DNA of 63,524 nt, counting the filler, from Reticulomyxa filosa (lineage: Eukaryota; Protista; Foraminifera): assembly GCA_000512085.1 (NCBI GenBank). It is 22 parts of 22 records of this genome, joined end to end, with 100 filler letters (N's around TTAATTAATTAA, not from the genome) between each part and the next. Parts side by side here need not be neighbours in the genome. Positions count along the whole stretch, not along the records: positions 40,353 to 41,971 come from ASPP01026190.1; positions 42,072 to 43,255 come from ASPP01012558.1; positions 43,356 to 44,687 come from ASPP01003327.1; positions 44,788 to 46,340 come from ASPP01028555.1; positions 46,441 to 49,732 come from ASPP01026902.1; positions 49,833 to 51,035 come from ASPP01002795.1; positions 51,136 to 52,825 come from ASPP01019974.1; positions 52,926 to 57,241 come from ASPP01008076.1; 14 more parts are not named here. The stretch is one strand, 5' to 3'. Under the pieces are notes generated by a model. The model saw only the letters and a program-made list of their open reading frames with translations, had not been told where the DNA came from and searched no databases. A program made the position numbers and the translations under genes. Of the stretch, positions 40,421-53,199 are shown one piece after another. Each line of letters starts with the position of its first letter. The first letter of the stretch is position 1.

Positions 40421-41971
40421 GTGAAACCCCTGCTGTTATTGGATGAAATTGGCTTGGCAGAGCATTCAAAGCATTCCCCTTTGAAAGTATTGCATCACTT
40501 GTTAGAAAAACCAAACATTTCATTTGTTGGATTATCTAATTGGCCTTTGGATGCTGCGAAAATGAATCGTGTCATTGTGCATCAAATTCCAAATAATCTC
40601 GATGATGATCTTAAAGCCATTGGAAAAGCGATTTTCAAGACCGAACGTACAAAGCTAAATCAGGGTGATGTAGATAAATTGGTTGATTTGTTTAAAGAAC
40701 TGATGTCAACACAGAAATTGGGAAGACGAGATTTTTATGCCTTGATTCGCCATTACATGCACAACGAGATACCTAGCAAATCCTTTCAGGGCGTGATGAG
40801 AAATGTAGGAGGTTGCAGAGATCCACAATTTCAAAAGTGGTTGGCAGAGGTATTGAAAAAGGTGTTTCGAAAAAGTGCAACAGAGATATCAACATTAATG
40901 AGGAAGTGGGGATCTTTGAAATGTGTGGAAATGAATCTTCAAGATGAAGATTGCAGACATTGTATGTTGGTATGTGAGAAGCCCTATTCCTGGCAATTGT
41001 TGTTGGATCACAATCTATTGTCATGTGAAGACGCAGTATTTTTATTTGAGAGTAGATTTGCATCGGATACAACCACCATGACAAGCTATGATCACTTGCA
41101 CAAAGTCATCAATTGCATGCAAGTTGGAAAGAAAGCTGTTTTATACAAGTTGAAATCGATTCACGAATGTCTTTATGACATGCTCAATCAAAGATATTCT
41201 ATTGATTCTTCAGGTATGTTTTTTTACTCTTTATTTTTTTAAAAAATGTTATTCTTCACTTATTTCTCTTATTTTCTGCCAGAAAATCGATTTTGCCGAG
41301 TGGCTGTGGAAGATCAGACCAAAGATTGCATTGTCGCAAAAGGATTTAAATGTATCGTCATTGTCTTCAAAGAAGATATAGAGAATTCAGTTACGCCATT
41401 TATTGAACAATTTATTCAATATTTTGTTTTTGATTTGTTTTTTTTTTTTTTTGCAAAGACGGAAAAAGCATTTTTTGGACGTTTTGAGAGGCAATACATT
41501 TCATACGCTGGGTCATTGTCTCAACCCTATCTTAACAAAGTAAGAGGCTTTAAAAGGCATCTGCGTGACTGCTACGGTCTCTTTGGAGAAGAGGAGTTAC
41601 CTGAATTGTTTTGTGGATTTAACGATGACACAATTCCTTCGGCCATCTCCCACATCCTGCTGCAACGCAAATCACAGTCACAAAATGATCGTAATGCTGA
41701 AGATATAAAACAAGACGAAACAGAACAATTAACAAAACAATTACTAGCACTATTCTATCCACTTCGTCACCCAGCCAAAATTGTGGGTTTGGCAATGAAG
41801 TCTTTTCGAACTGTCAACTACACGGATCAATCTTTCGACACATTTGTTAAGTGTCTTCCTCTTCTTTAAACTATTCACAAAAATAAAATGAAATAAACAA
41901 ATAGGACCAAGTCTTGAATACTGCAATGAAAAATTCCAAAAAAGAAATGTTGTTAATTTTAACCTGCGATT
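40421..41971 (+). CDS. RNF213 (mysterin)-like dynein-type AAA+ ATPase fragment
   Basis: LLLDEIGLAEHSKHSPLKVLHHLLE..ISFVGLSNWPLDAAKMNR, GRRDFYALI, CLYDMLNQRY, FFGRFERQY, FCGFNDDT are RNF213 AAA-module signatures. Confidence 0.88.
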
Positions 41972-42071
41972 NNNNNNNNNNNNNNNNNNNNNNNNNNNNN
42001 NNNNNNNNNNNNNNNTTAATTAATTAANNNNNNNNNNNNNNNNNNNNNNNNNNNNNNNNNNNNNNNNNNNN

Positions 42072-42373
42072 CAAACCCTTTCGGTTCCAACTGTTGGAAG
42101 TCGTTGTTGTATGGGATATCAGTGGTGGAGCACATGTGCCGGAATAAAGATCTGATACACTTCACGACGACAATGATGATGAAATCCAGAGACGATCCTG
42201 TGTTGGCTGGGACACAATCTGAACACTTGGTCGTTGCTTCTCGTGTTGTATTCGAACGGCAAGGTGAAGTGGATCAAGAACAATATCTTCACTCTGTTCA
42301 CGTTTTTGAAAGATTGTGTGGTTATGGAATGTATTCAAACGAGTTGATGCGCGGATTGAGAAACGACTTATAG
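42072..42373 (+). CDS. Hypothetical protein C-terminal fragment
   Basis: Open frame from the contig edge with coding-like GC; no motif recognised. Confidence 0.35.
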
Positions 42374-42951
42374 AGACCTTTCTGTGTGTTTTCATCATTT
42401 CGTTAGCTCGTTTTGGAAGAAACAGCCTTCATCTTTGATGGCGTCGTCAAAGCTAAATATCGCTCAATCTCTTGGCTTGTTTTTTCTTGTAGTAGTGCAC
42501 GTCCCAAGGAGGGAAGGGGGGTAGGACATTGAACTTTTATTTGTTTTAAAAAATATATTTACAAGTGGCTCCTTTTTGTTGTTTTAGGGATCTATTGATG
42601 ACGAAGTTGCAAAAAAAAAGTGTGGAGTGTTTTTTTAAACTTTTTATTTATTTACTTGTTGCTCGTTCATCAGTTACTTGATGAATTTCAAATTATAATA
42701 CTTCATATTTTTCTTGGCAAAAAAGACAAAATAGTACAAATTTAATGAAAATGCAAGAACTATCCTTTACATGTTTGAAAATTACAAAATGAAAAATATA
42801 CAAAAATACAATCAGAAGCCACATGCAGTGCAGAAAAGCACTAATTTATATTCACTTTCTCTAATAACAATCGTCAAATGCATACGAGTTATTAGCATCC
42901 AAGATCTTTGTAGCGTTACGATCACGTATTGTACATAAAAACTATAATTCA

Positions 42952-43245
42952 TAACTTTGTTTTAGCCATTTCCAGCATTGAAAGGCTGGCAGTCGTTGCA
43001 ATAATCCAAAGACATAAGACAACAACGATAGATGCAATAGTGCTGGCAAGATGATCAAATGAAACCAGCTTCACTACGTTTTGAGAACAAAGAAATAAAG
43101 AAAGTAAAAAAAAAGTAAATGAAGAGATAGAGAGAGTGTTATTAGCTTACAATGAAGCAATAACTGCTCAGAAATTTGATGACTGTCAAGGATGCTAAGA
43201 TGGAAATACAAGAACTTTCCATATTGCCGTACTGCGGCCGTCAGT
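42952..43245 (-). CDS. C-terminal two exons of a membrane protein
   Basis: AIWKVLVFPSLASLTVIKFLSSYCFI, a GTAAG intron, then HLASTIASIVVVLCLWIIATTASLSMLEMAKTKL*. Confidence 0.45.
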
Positions 43246-46200
43246 TCTTTTTTTTNNNNNNNNNNNNNNNNNNNNNNNNNNNNNNNNNNNNNNNNNNNNT
43301 TAATTAATTAANNNNNNNNNNNNNNNNNNNNNNNNNNNNNNNNNNNNNNNNNNNNACTTGATCTTATATCCAGTCCACAGATGGACATTGCCACATCAGT
43401 CCTGCAAGCGTGATATTCTAGGTGATGCCTTTCATGCAAACCTTTGATGGGTTTTGGTTTGCTGCAAACACCTATGCGCCTGTGTCGCACGCACCTGTTG
43501 CGATGATAAATCGCAAATGTGATATGCGCTGCAATGCGCTGACGGCTGATTTAACTTTATCTTAATTAATACAGCAATCCACCACCACCAATTATCACGA
43601 TATCCATCTGCAATCAAGCTAATACCGGAACACATAACCAAAATCACGCAGGGGTCTATCAACGAAATCACACCGGTCCACAACCGAAACGACGCTGGAA
43701 CACACGATTTCAATATCAATTCGCACAATCTTCGACTTCTTTTTTTTTTGAGGTTGTTTTTTCTTAGCTCCAAACTTTAACATTTCAAAAAACAAAGAAA
43801 AAAAGCAAAAAGCTATTTGACTACTTTCTTCCAAATGAAATATACGTGGGGGTCGACAGTATTTTCTCAACCGGCGCTGGACACTGGACAAATCTGTTGA
43901 AAAACTGTAGAAAAAGGGGAGAAAAAGTTCATCACCAACAGCACACCAAATTTCTTTTGTTGTGATGAACTATAATTTTTTTTAACATTAAAAAATATAT
44001 TATATTCGCAACTCGGTGCAGAAAAACTGACTCTGTTGTAGCAAGGACTTTTTGAAAAAACAATGAATATTTACTGACTTTTATCAAAATTAAGTCCGAG
44101 TATATGTTGTGTGTGATTGATCTCATCGAGAAAATCACGTAATGCAGTAAAAAAATTGGCCTGCTAGATATTCTTTGTGAAAATACGTGAATAATAATCA
44201 AAAACATATTGGACAGTGGGATTTGTAAAAGAGACTATGTGCATTATTGCCACATATACACATAAGAAAATGTTTGGATAATTGCTTATTTTAAAATAAC
44301 GATTATAAAATGATTACTATGTTTGTAAGTATTTTCTCAGGTAATCAGGAAATGGCCTTCTCATATAGCATTTGCCTCGTCGTGCTAACGACGCTCAATG
44401 TGAACAGGTTGAAAGTAATTTTTGAAGGATTAATTGAAAATCTTCTTGTAAAAATAGTGACAAAGAGAATATCTCGCTTTCTCTTGCTTTCAAGGAATAG
44501 TTTTTTGTCCATTTCTGTCTACTGGATTTTTTGCTGTTGAATTCTATGTCGGTACTGTTCTTGCAAATAGTTTTGAAAACAAACGTTATATTTTTTATTA
44601 ATAATTTTTCAGAAATATAGCATTATAGAATTATTTCATCCATCGAATATGATTTTTAAATTTTGATAACATATAACTGTCAAAAGTNNNNNNNNNNNNN
44701 NNNNNNNNNNNNNNNNNNNNNNNNNNNNNNNTTAATTAATTAANNNNNNNNNNNNNNNNNNNNNNNNNNNNNNNNNNNNNNNNNNNNCGATATCCAAATC
44801 AAGAAAGTAATTTCATCTTTCTTACAATGCACAAACTCTCAATATCATATCTCGTCATTGTAGTAATAAATATGTTTTCAAGAGCAAATCCGCTTTACCA
44901 AGTACGCGAAGAATCTTGTCATTATAAACATGAACTCGATCCACTATTCCGCGTCAAAGCAATGCCGTTCCCCTTGCATTCATTCATGTCCAGAGACAAA
45001 GAGACAGCTCAGCACATTATACAATAATCAAACCATTGTATTAAATGTGAATAAAGAAAGTCCATGAATATTGCTTTCCAATTGGTTGGCTCCGTTTCGT
45101 CGCTATTTTGTCATGGACACTTGAGATAACGTTGATATTATGGCCTAATCTTGGGGTCGTAATTGTATCAATGTATCTCCCCTTTCTTCTTCTTCGCTTA
45201 TTGCATTGGTTGTTGCCAAAGACGCTTTCGCTTGTATCATCATCGCTATCATTTAGATTTAATCTATATTGCAAAGCGTGTTGTTGCTGCACCAGCCAAA
45301 GCAAATTAAAGACACTTATTATGGACTCAGAATGCACACAAATCACGCGGAAATGAATATACAAATTGTGCAATGTTATCCGTCCAATTCCTTCAATAAT
45401 GAAATACGCTGCAACATTGGTTCTTCGTTATTTTGTTTTTTTTTTTGCAATTCTCATTGTGTGCTTTGTTGTTATCATTGTGACACAAATGATTGTATCC
45501 AATTATTGTTTTGCTGTTGATTGAAATAAGCAATCCTTTCTTGCATTTTCTCTATTTCCGCAGTCTAAAACACATCATCTCCAAATGTTTCCTCTTTGGA
45601 GAGTTCATTTGTGCATTACTAAACTTTTGAGATGAAGATCATTTGAGAAAAAAAAAGATTTTATTCTTTTCTTTTTAAAAATAAAAAAAAAGTGACATGA
45701 TCTATTCTTTAATGTGATCCAACTGGTTAAAAAAACATTGGAAGGAAAAGTATAAACAAATGGCACTTACAATAAGTTAACATATTTCAAACAACGTACA
45801 CAAAAATGTAAAAAGATGCACGCATACAAAAAATCATTAATCACCTAGAACATGCACACATATATAAGACCACAACTAATTCAAAATTTTTTTAAAAAAA
45901 AATTGTCAGCAAGGAGATGACGTAGTCTCAGTGCCATCAAAGTGAAGCAGGTCCAGTCATTGTTGGTTCTTGTAAAGTGAAATTATAAGAACAGTGTTTG
46001 ATGTGTGCTATCCCAAATGATATAAGTGCAATTGAACTCATTTTGAGTGACCTCGAAAATATACTGCGTCAGTGCATTAGCAAAGGTCATGAAGATCGTT
46101 TGTCCAGGGATGTTCTTTCATCCGTATAGAGTTACGTATAATTGCGGATCGGGGGGGGGGGGACGTACTGACATCATCCGAAAATGCACCAAAATTCAAA

Positions 46201-46440
46201 TAACTGTTTGTGTTTGAGCGCGCCATGTGTTAATGTCACAAGGATAACTTAACGTACTGTTGTAGAATACTACGCAATATGTGAGTGTGGTCGCATTCGT
46301 CAACTCTTTCAGTTTATTCTCCACTAATAATTCCTCGTCGNNNNNNNNNNNNNNNNNNNNNNNNNNNNNNNNNNNNNNNNNNNNTTAATTAATTAANNNN
46401 NNNNNNNNNNNNNNNNNNNNNNNNNNNNNNNNNNNNNNNN

Positions 46441-46853
46441 CTCCGCACCCAACTAGTATGTCCAGTGAATGTGTTGATTAATTTGGATGATGAACAAAAT
46501 GTGTTAAACATGAAGATGGTGTACACCTATGTAAATAATATTGTAATGTTTTAATTTGTATTTAAAAAAGAAAGAATAAATAAACTAACATAATTGACAA
46601 CAAATTTGTCAAAATCTTTGATCCATCCTAATTTAATGTTTGATGTTCGAATCCAATAATGAATAATTATTTGGATTTCCTCTTCTTTTGACTGTTTTAA
46701 TTACATGTTACAGTGATAAATAAAAGAAATGATAAAACTTAAAGACAAGTTGGACTCAACTTTCATTGATAAGTTTAAGTTCACTTGCATTTCTTGTTTT
46801 ATTTTTTGAATTTCGTTATCTTTTGATTCGCGATCTTTTTTTAATTTTTCCAT
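46441..46853 (-). CDS. 5' part of a WD40-repeat gene
   Basis: EEEIQIIIHYWIRTSNIKLGWIKDFDKFVVNY, an intron, then FMFNTFCSSSKLINTFTGHTSWV (first GH of a WD40 repeat); runs off the contig. Confidence 0.75.
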
Positions 46854-47989
46854 CTCAACTAATGTTGTTTTTTGTTTAATTATTATTTTCTTGCTTGTAT
46901 TGAGTTTTTTTGGAAATTCTTTTGAACTTAGGAATTTTTATTGTGGCCACCTTTAACTTTTTTTAGTACAAAAATCACACTATTTGAAAAAAATTCATTT
47001 TACAAAGTTGTTTTCACTTTTAAAAATTAAAAAAAACATATTCTAAATCTAAAATTATGTGAAAAGTAGATAAACATTTACTGTTAAAGACGAGGTTTTG
47101 TTTGTAAACTTCACGCAAAAAATAGATACAGCACATTTGTTCTTGTTCAAATGGTTTTGCTTTCTTACTTGGTTGTTCCCCAAAAGGGGGACTTTAGGGC
47201 TTTTCAATTCAAACAATTTAAAAGTTTAATTGCAGAAAAGGAAACTTGACGCAGTACAATCTTTGAGTAATTTTCTCTTCTTAAGAATGAAACGAGATTG
47301 CTCAATCATTTAAAAACTGTGAAAAAGAAAAAAGAAGAACTGAGTAGAAACGTATACTCAGGAGTGTCTCGTGTGCAAATGACAACATCAAAAAGAGTTT
47401 AAATATTTTAGTTTATGCTAGGAAATTCAATTACATGAATTTTGTTGTTCATTATTTTTATCTTTTTCTTCATCAATGATGCTTTTGAAGGTATTCAATT
47501 AATACTGTGTTGATATTCCATCGAATAATTTTATTCTAAAAAAACAAAAGAGGATATACACTTCAAGGGTCTTTTATTTGATGTCAATTTTTCTTTTTTT
47601 TTTAAAAACTACAAAGTATTTTTGACAGTATGTTTGATTTTTCTCTTTTCTTCATTGTTTCTATTCAGTTAATAAATACATTAAATAAACAAACTAGATT
47701 TAATTTTTAAAAGATATCTGTTTTCTTCTTTTAATTAACACGTCAAGTTAGTTTAAATGATAAAGCAAAATCACAAGTAATGTAAAGTATTAAAGATAAA
47801 GAACATAGGCTTTATCCATTTTAATACAAGTGATATTTAAAAGGCTTTTACAATATTTAAATCTTGAATAGCAAAAAAGTTATAAAATAAAATAACATAA
47901 AAAAATGGAAAATCAAATTAATAATTTTCATGATGTGGTATGAAATACTCAATCCATTGTATTTGTGAAGGATAATTATAATCAGTGTA

Positions 47990-48660
47990 ATACTTATGAC
48001 AGCTTTAGTTATCATCAGATGGCTTAGAGAATAACAAAATCAGAAGTCTTTGCTAATCCTTTACCTAATTTTTCATTCCATAAATGACTGTTTTATCATC
48101 AAATGAAAATACAGCCACTTGCCCAATGGTAGAATATCGCACATGAATAAATGTAATTGTGTCATTGTAAGAAAAAATACAATAGCGTCACTTCCACATA
48201 TGCAAAATGTTTGATGGAATGTTACATATCAATTAAATCTTTGTATACTTTTTTAAAAGATAATAAATTTTAATAAAATAATATTGAAATGAATTTACAT
48301 TGTTCATCTCCAACACGAATTGAACCATAACATAAATTAATACAACTATCACCGTTTGATTTTTGTTCATTGTCATTTATTTTCTTTTTCGATTCTGTAC
48401 ATTTAGGATATATTATTCCTTCGTTTAATTTCATCACATACAATTCACTCTTGTTTGATTGGATATCCCAAAATTGAATTATATTATCATGTGATCCAGG
48501 ACATTATATTTGAATTACCGCAAATAACATTACCACTATTTTTTATTACAAATAAATATTCAACGACCATACAGTATTTGTTATCCATTGAATGATTGAA
48601 TTTGTCTGTTGTTATTAATCTCATAAACGAACTGTTTTATCAGATGACCCAGAACGTCTT
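47990..48660 (-). pseudogene. Decayed WD40-repeat gene
   Basis: Remnants SGSSDKTVRL, TVWS, DNIIQFWDI with many stops and frameshifts. Confidence 0.7.
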
Positions 48661-51239
48661 TAATTTTTATTACAATGTTTTTTCTCTTCCACTTACAATT
48701 TTCAAGGATAAAGGGATATTTAAGTAATGTGAAAATACATGGTTTTTATTGTCCTCTTTTTAAAACAATAATCTTCTTGATCATCAATTATGTAATTACA
48801 TTTTTTAAGGGTTCAAATAAAAAATGGTTTTCCTTTGAAGCTAACTTCATCATGCTTACAAAACTTCAACATACATTCCCCAAGATTATTGAAGAAATCA
48901 TTTCAGATGTATCGAAATGGTGTGATCAAGATGTTAAAAAGACAAAGGATGTCTTAACCTGGCTAACAGAGAACACGTAACAATCAATTTCTTTTCTCTT
49001 TTTTACTAACAAAAATATTTCAATATATTTTTTAACAAATTATTTTATATATTTTAATACAGCACAAATTTACAGCAACAACATTATTTGATCCGTTTAT
49101 TCGAACAATTTGGCGGTAAGCTAGAAAAAAAAACAATATCACAGATATGGAAAAATTACAATCAAATTTATTATGATGCATACAAAAAATTATGCGAGAT
49201 TTGTGCAACTTCCAACTTAAATGAATTAAATGTAAATAAATATAAACTATAAAGAAAAATAAAATAAATACAATTTGTAAAATAATAGGTCTCAAGAAGA
49301 AAATGAATTAAAAATAATTCGAGAAATGTGTTTGCATATTTTGTGGAATACAGTAGAATGCAAAGTAAAGTTGACACCTAAAACGGTAACTTATAGAAAT
49401 GATTGATTTTCTACATAAAAAACAACATTCAGACCTAATTTTTTTTTAAAAATATCTACAAATCGTGTACTTTTTAAATATGATTAGTCAAATAATAAAA
49501 CAGTCTATCTATGCAATATCTCGCATATATAAGCAAAAAACAAGAGATGACATTTTTTTGGTGGTAATCTTGGCTGAGGAGGAAACAGCAGATATTTTGC
49601 AAAAGAAAAGCTAGAATATCATGGTGGAGTTTATAAAAGTATTGATATATATCCAAGAAAAAAAATTGCACATGATTATATTCTAATATGACCTTAAATA
49701 AATGTATTGGTGAAAAAGAAAAAAGGAGAAAGNNNNNNNNNNNNNNNNNNNNNNNNNNNNNNNNNNNNNNNNNNNNTTAATTAATTAANNNNNNNNNNNN
49801 NNNNNNNNNNNNNNNNNNNNNNNNNNNNNNNNCAGTCCCTTTTACTTTATAGGAGCTTCTCCTACACAATTGCACCAGATATTAGTTTAATTAATGCAGG
49901 AGTGGAATTAATATTGTCAAATTTATTGATTTGAATAAATTCAGAAAATATAACAAAATTATCAAAGATACGAGTCAAAGCACGAATGTACTTAGGTATT
50001 GAAGCAATAGGCATATCACACAAATCACCTTTGATTGAGTGCATTGCTTGCTAAACTAACCAAAGAGCTTCTCTTTGCTGGAAAATGGTTCATTTTTGTA
50101 AGTATGGCACTTGGTAATCCACTAAAGATTCTAAATTGGACTAAGATCTTGTTTTGCCACTTTTCACATAAACTTTACATCCAAAAGCATTTGCAAAGAT
50201 ATTCTATTTGTAAACTTATCACAGTGCTTCCCCATGATGCCTTTTAATTTCTTCAGTGTTTATTTTGCGTTAAATACTTTAATATTAGTTAGTATAATTA
50301 ATTTTAAACTTTTTGTTGGTAAAATAATTTTTTTTGAATATTGAATTTTTCAAACACCTGAGGAAAAAGGATGCAGAGCTTTTCAAATAAGTGCAAGAGA
50401 TAAGATAGTACGGCATAGATGAAAGATAGCATGTGATTTGTTTTATGTATCTACAAGATTATTTTTATATTAGCCCTTTTCAGCAAAGATAAACAAGTCA
50501 AATACAGTAGAATGCAAAGTATAGTTGACAAATAAGCGCACCTTATAGAGATAATAATTTTCTTCATGAAAAAACAACATTATATCTTAATTTTTTTAAA
50601 ATATGAATCGTGTAGTTTTTAAATATCATTTTGGTTTTTTATTAAATCTTTATTAATTATTTCAATATTTTGTCATTTATTTTTCTTTTCTTTTTTTTTA
50701 AGCTAAGAATATTTCGATATTTGTGTTTTTTAATCATTTTTTTTTGAAAATGGCTAAAGGAGTTGAGAATTTTAACAAAGGATGTGCTGTTGAGCTGTTG
50801 CATCAGGGGTGGAGTTTGTGCAAGTTGCAAAAAAATTTTTGTAAGTCATAATTGTGTGCGTAAATGAAAGATGACGTTCATGACTGAAAAGATTATCAAG
50901 AAGAAACCAGAGCTTTCGTTAAAAGTACCAGAACGAATTAAAAGTCTTACTACTGAAGTGTTAGGCCTGGTTATGAATGTAATATCGATGGATGTGTAAA
51001 TACAGATACAGTAAGATAAAAAAGAAAGTTGACACNNNNNNNNNNNNNNNNNNNNNNNNNNNNNNNNNNNNNNNNNNNNTTAATTAATTAANNNNNNNNN
51101 NNNNNNNNNNNNNNNNNNNNNNNNNNNNNNNNNNNTGTTGTGTTGTGTTGTGTTGTGTATGTAGTGCATGTGCGTTAATGCATTTGCGATTGATGGAGAT
51201 AGTGCATGCCAAAACAAAACAAACAAAGTTACACAAGCC

Positions 51240-52386
51240 AACAATGGTCATTTGATTGAAGACATTGGAATGATTGCCCTCCTCCACTTCACGTTGATAT
51301 TTCCACATGCAGTTGCGCGAATGTCGAATGGGATGTGCGTCTTTGCAATAAAGACAACAATGCCGATCTGCACAAACGGGCCCTGCATTGCATCCATATA
51401 GATTCCAGTTGATACAAACCACGTCAACGTCCCTTGGCGCATCGTAAGGCCGTAAGGTCTTGTACGTGCATTTGAGTGAGGGATGATCCGTCGATTTGCA
51501 CATCCAACACGCATGTTTGTATTTACACGCTTCGACACGACATCGGCCTTCGTTAAATCCATGGCAAATGTCCACACCTGATTCGTCAAATGCCGTCAAG
51601 TGTGGCAAGTTGTCGATGTTGTTGTCCACTTCCTTCGTTAGCTCCTGTTGCTTGCTCTGCCACTCCAGCATGTTGTCCACGTATTCGGTCGAGTGTACTG
51701 GCAATGGTAGACCCCACTTGTCTACCCGTCGAGACGAGCTGCTGTGACTATGATTCGGCGAAGAAGAGCTCGAATGAGATCGACTGCGTGAACGACTGCG
51801 ACTGCGACTCTTTTCATTGTGTGATCGATGTCGTGACAACGATTTCGATTTATCTCGCGATCGGGACCTTTTGTCAATTTCCGAGTTTTTCAAAACAACC
51901 ATCACAACATTGTTTCCCCCCCCTCCTCCTCATCATCATATGTCACTATTTATTTACTCTTTTTTTGTTTTGCTGTCCCCTGTCACCCTTCTCTCGTTTT
52001 GCAATATTTGACTTGGCTCAGACTTGCACTTTCGCAACAATGCATAAAGAGTTGTTAGTGAATCAAAACTTCCATCTAAAGATTTACTATACTTTGTCCA
52101 TATCGAATATCGGGGAAAAGATAAGGGAAAAGATATGCGAAAAAAAAAAAAAAAGAAAAGTTGCAAAAGTGGAACAAGATGATAATGGTGTGTACCTGGA
52201 ACGTTTGTTACTTGAATGATGTGATCTTGAATGTCGGTGCGAAGAATGGGAATGAGGATGGTCCTCATCATGAGAAAGTTTTTCCTTATCTTTGTCTTTT
52301 TCCTTTTCTTTTTCCTTTTCTTTTTCTTTTTCTTTTTCTTTTTCTTTCTCTTTCTCCTTCTCTTTCTCCTTTTCATTTTCATTGGT
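51240..52386 (-). CDS. EK/RS-rich protein with two CCCH plus zinc-knuckle modules
   Basis: (EK)n exon; SRSRSRSRSRS; CHGFNEGRCRVEACKYKHACWMCKSTDHPSLKC and CINWNLYGCNAGPVCADRHCCLYCKDAHPIRHSRNC. Ends approximate. Confidence 0.75.
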
Positions 52387-52787
52387 CTTTTTTTAAAATT
52401 TTTTTACATGACAATTTTTTAATTGTTTTGGCAAATTGAAACAACAATCCATTTTAGTTGTTTTGAAAGACAGTCTCCGAGCGGACAGGAGAAAAGGATT
52501 TCGCAAGAATGAAATTCCAATTTGGAAATGATTGCATGAAGCGCAAAGCGACATTCCAAATGCAGACGAGACAGGTACGAACCAGAACAAGGAAGAAGAA
52601 TAAGAAGGAGACCAAGAGAAGGAAAGAGGAAAAAGAGACACAAAAAAAAACAAACCCATTTTGATGTTATTGATATTTGAGAGATCCATTTGGCTTATGA
52701 TGACAAGCGGAACTTTGATAATAATAAAAAAAATGAAGAGAAAGCAAAAGTCTGGCCTTGAATTGGGACGTTTCGTCATTGAAAATT

Positions 52788-52825
<38 letters not shown>

Positions 52826-53199
52826 NNNNNNNNNNNNNNNNNNNNNNNNNNNNNNNNNNNNNNNNNNNNTTAATTAATTAANNNNNNNNNNNNNNNNNNN
52901 NNNNNNNNNNNNNNNNNNNNNNNNNGAAGACTTACGGAAAAATGACTTCTCCTAAGTGACTATTGAGAATCCAGGGGAACTACAAATCATTTCGAGCAGC
53001 CTATCTGTTACTCTTTCCATTGCACCGCAAAAAAAAACTGGATGCTAAATATCTTTTTCACATTGGAAAGATAATGAAAACTACATGTCAAAATATACTC
53101 AAAATGACCACTAATTTTGTGCAATAGCAATTTGTATTTGTTAGTTACTTATATTGAGTTAATATTTATTTAACTTTTTATTGAATTGCTGGTGTGTTT

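Noticed and set aside
39034-41971. NACHT next to RNF213-like gene as an immune gene cluster
   Set aside because: They are separated by a linker, so physical linkage is unsupported.
43356-43610. MDIVIIGGGG Rossmann-like start on the minus strand
   Set aside because: Stops immediately and no convincing splice or downstream oxidoreductase motif is visible.
46644-46655. GTTCGAATCC T-loop-like motif as a tRNA
   Set aside because: No cloverleaf; it is the antisense of WD40 coding sequence (WIRT).
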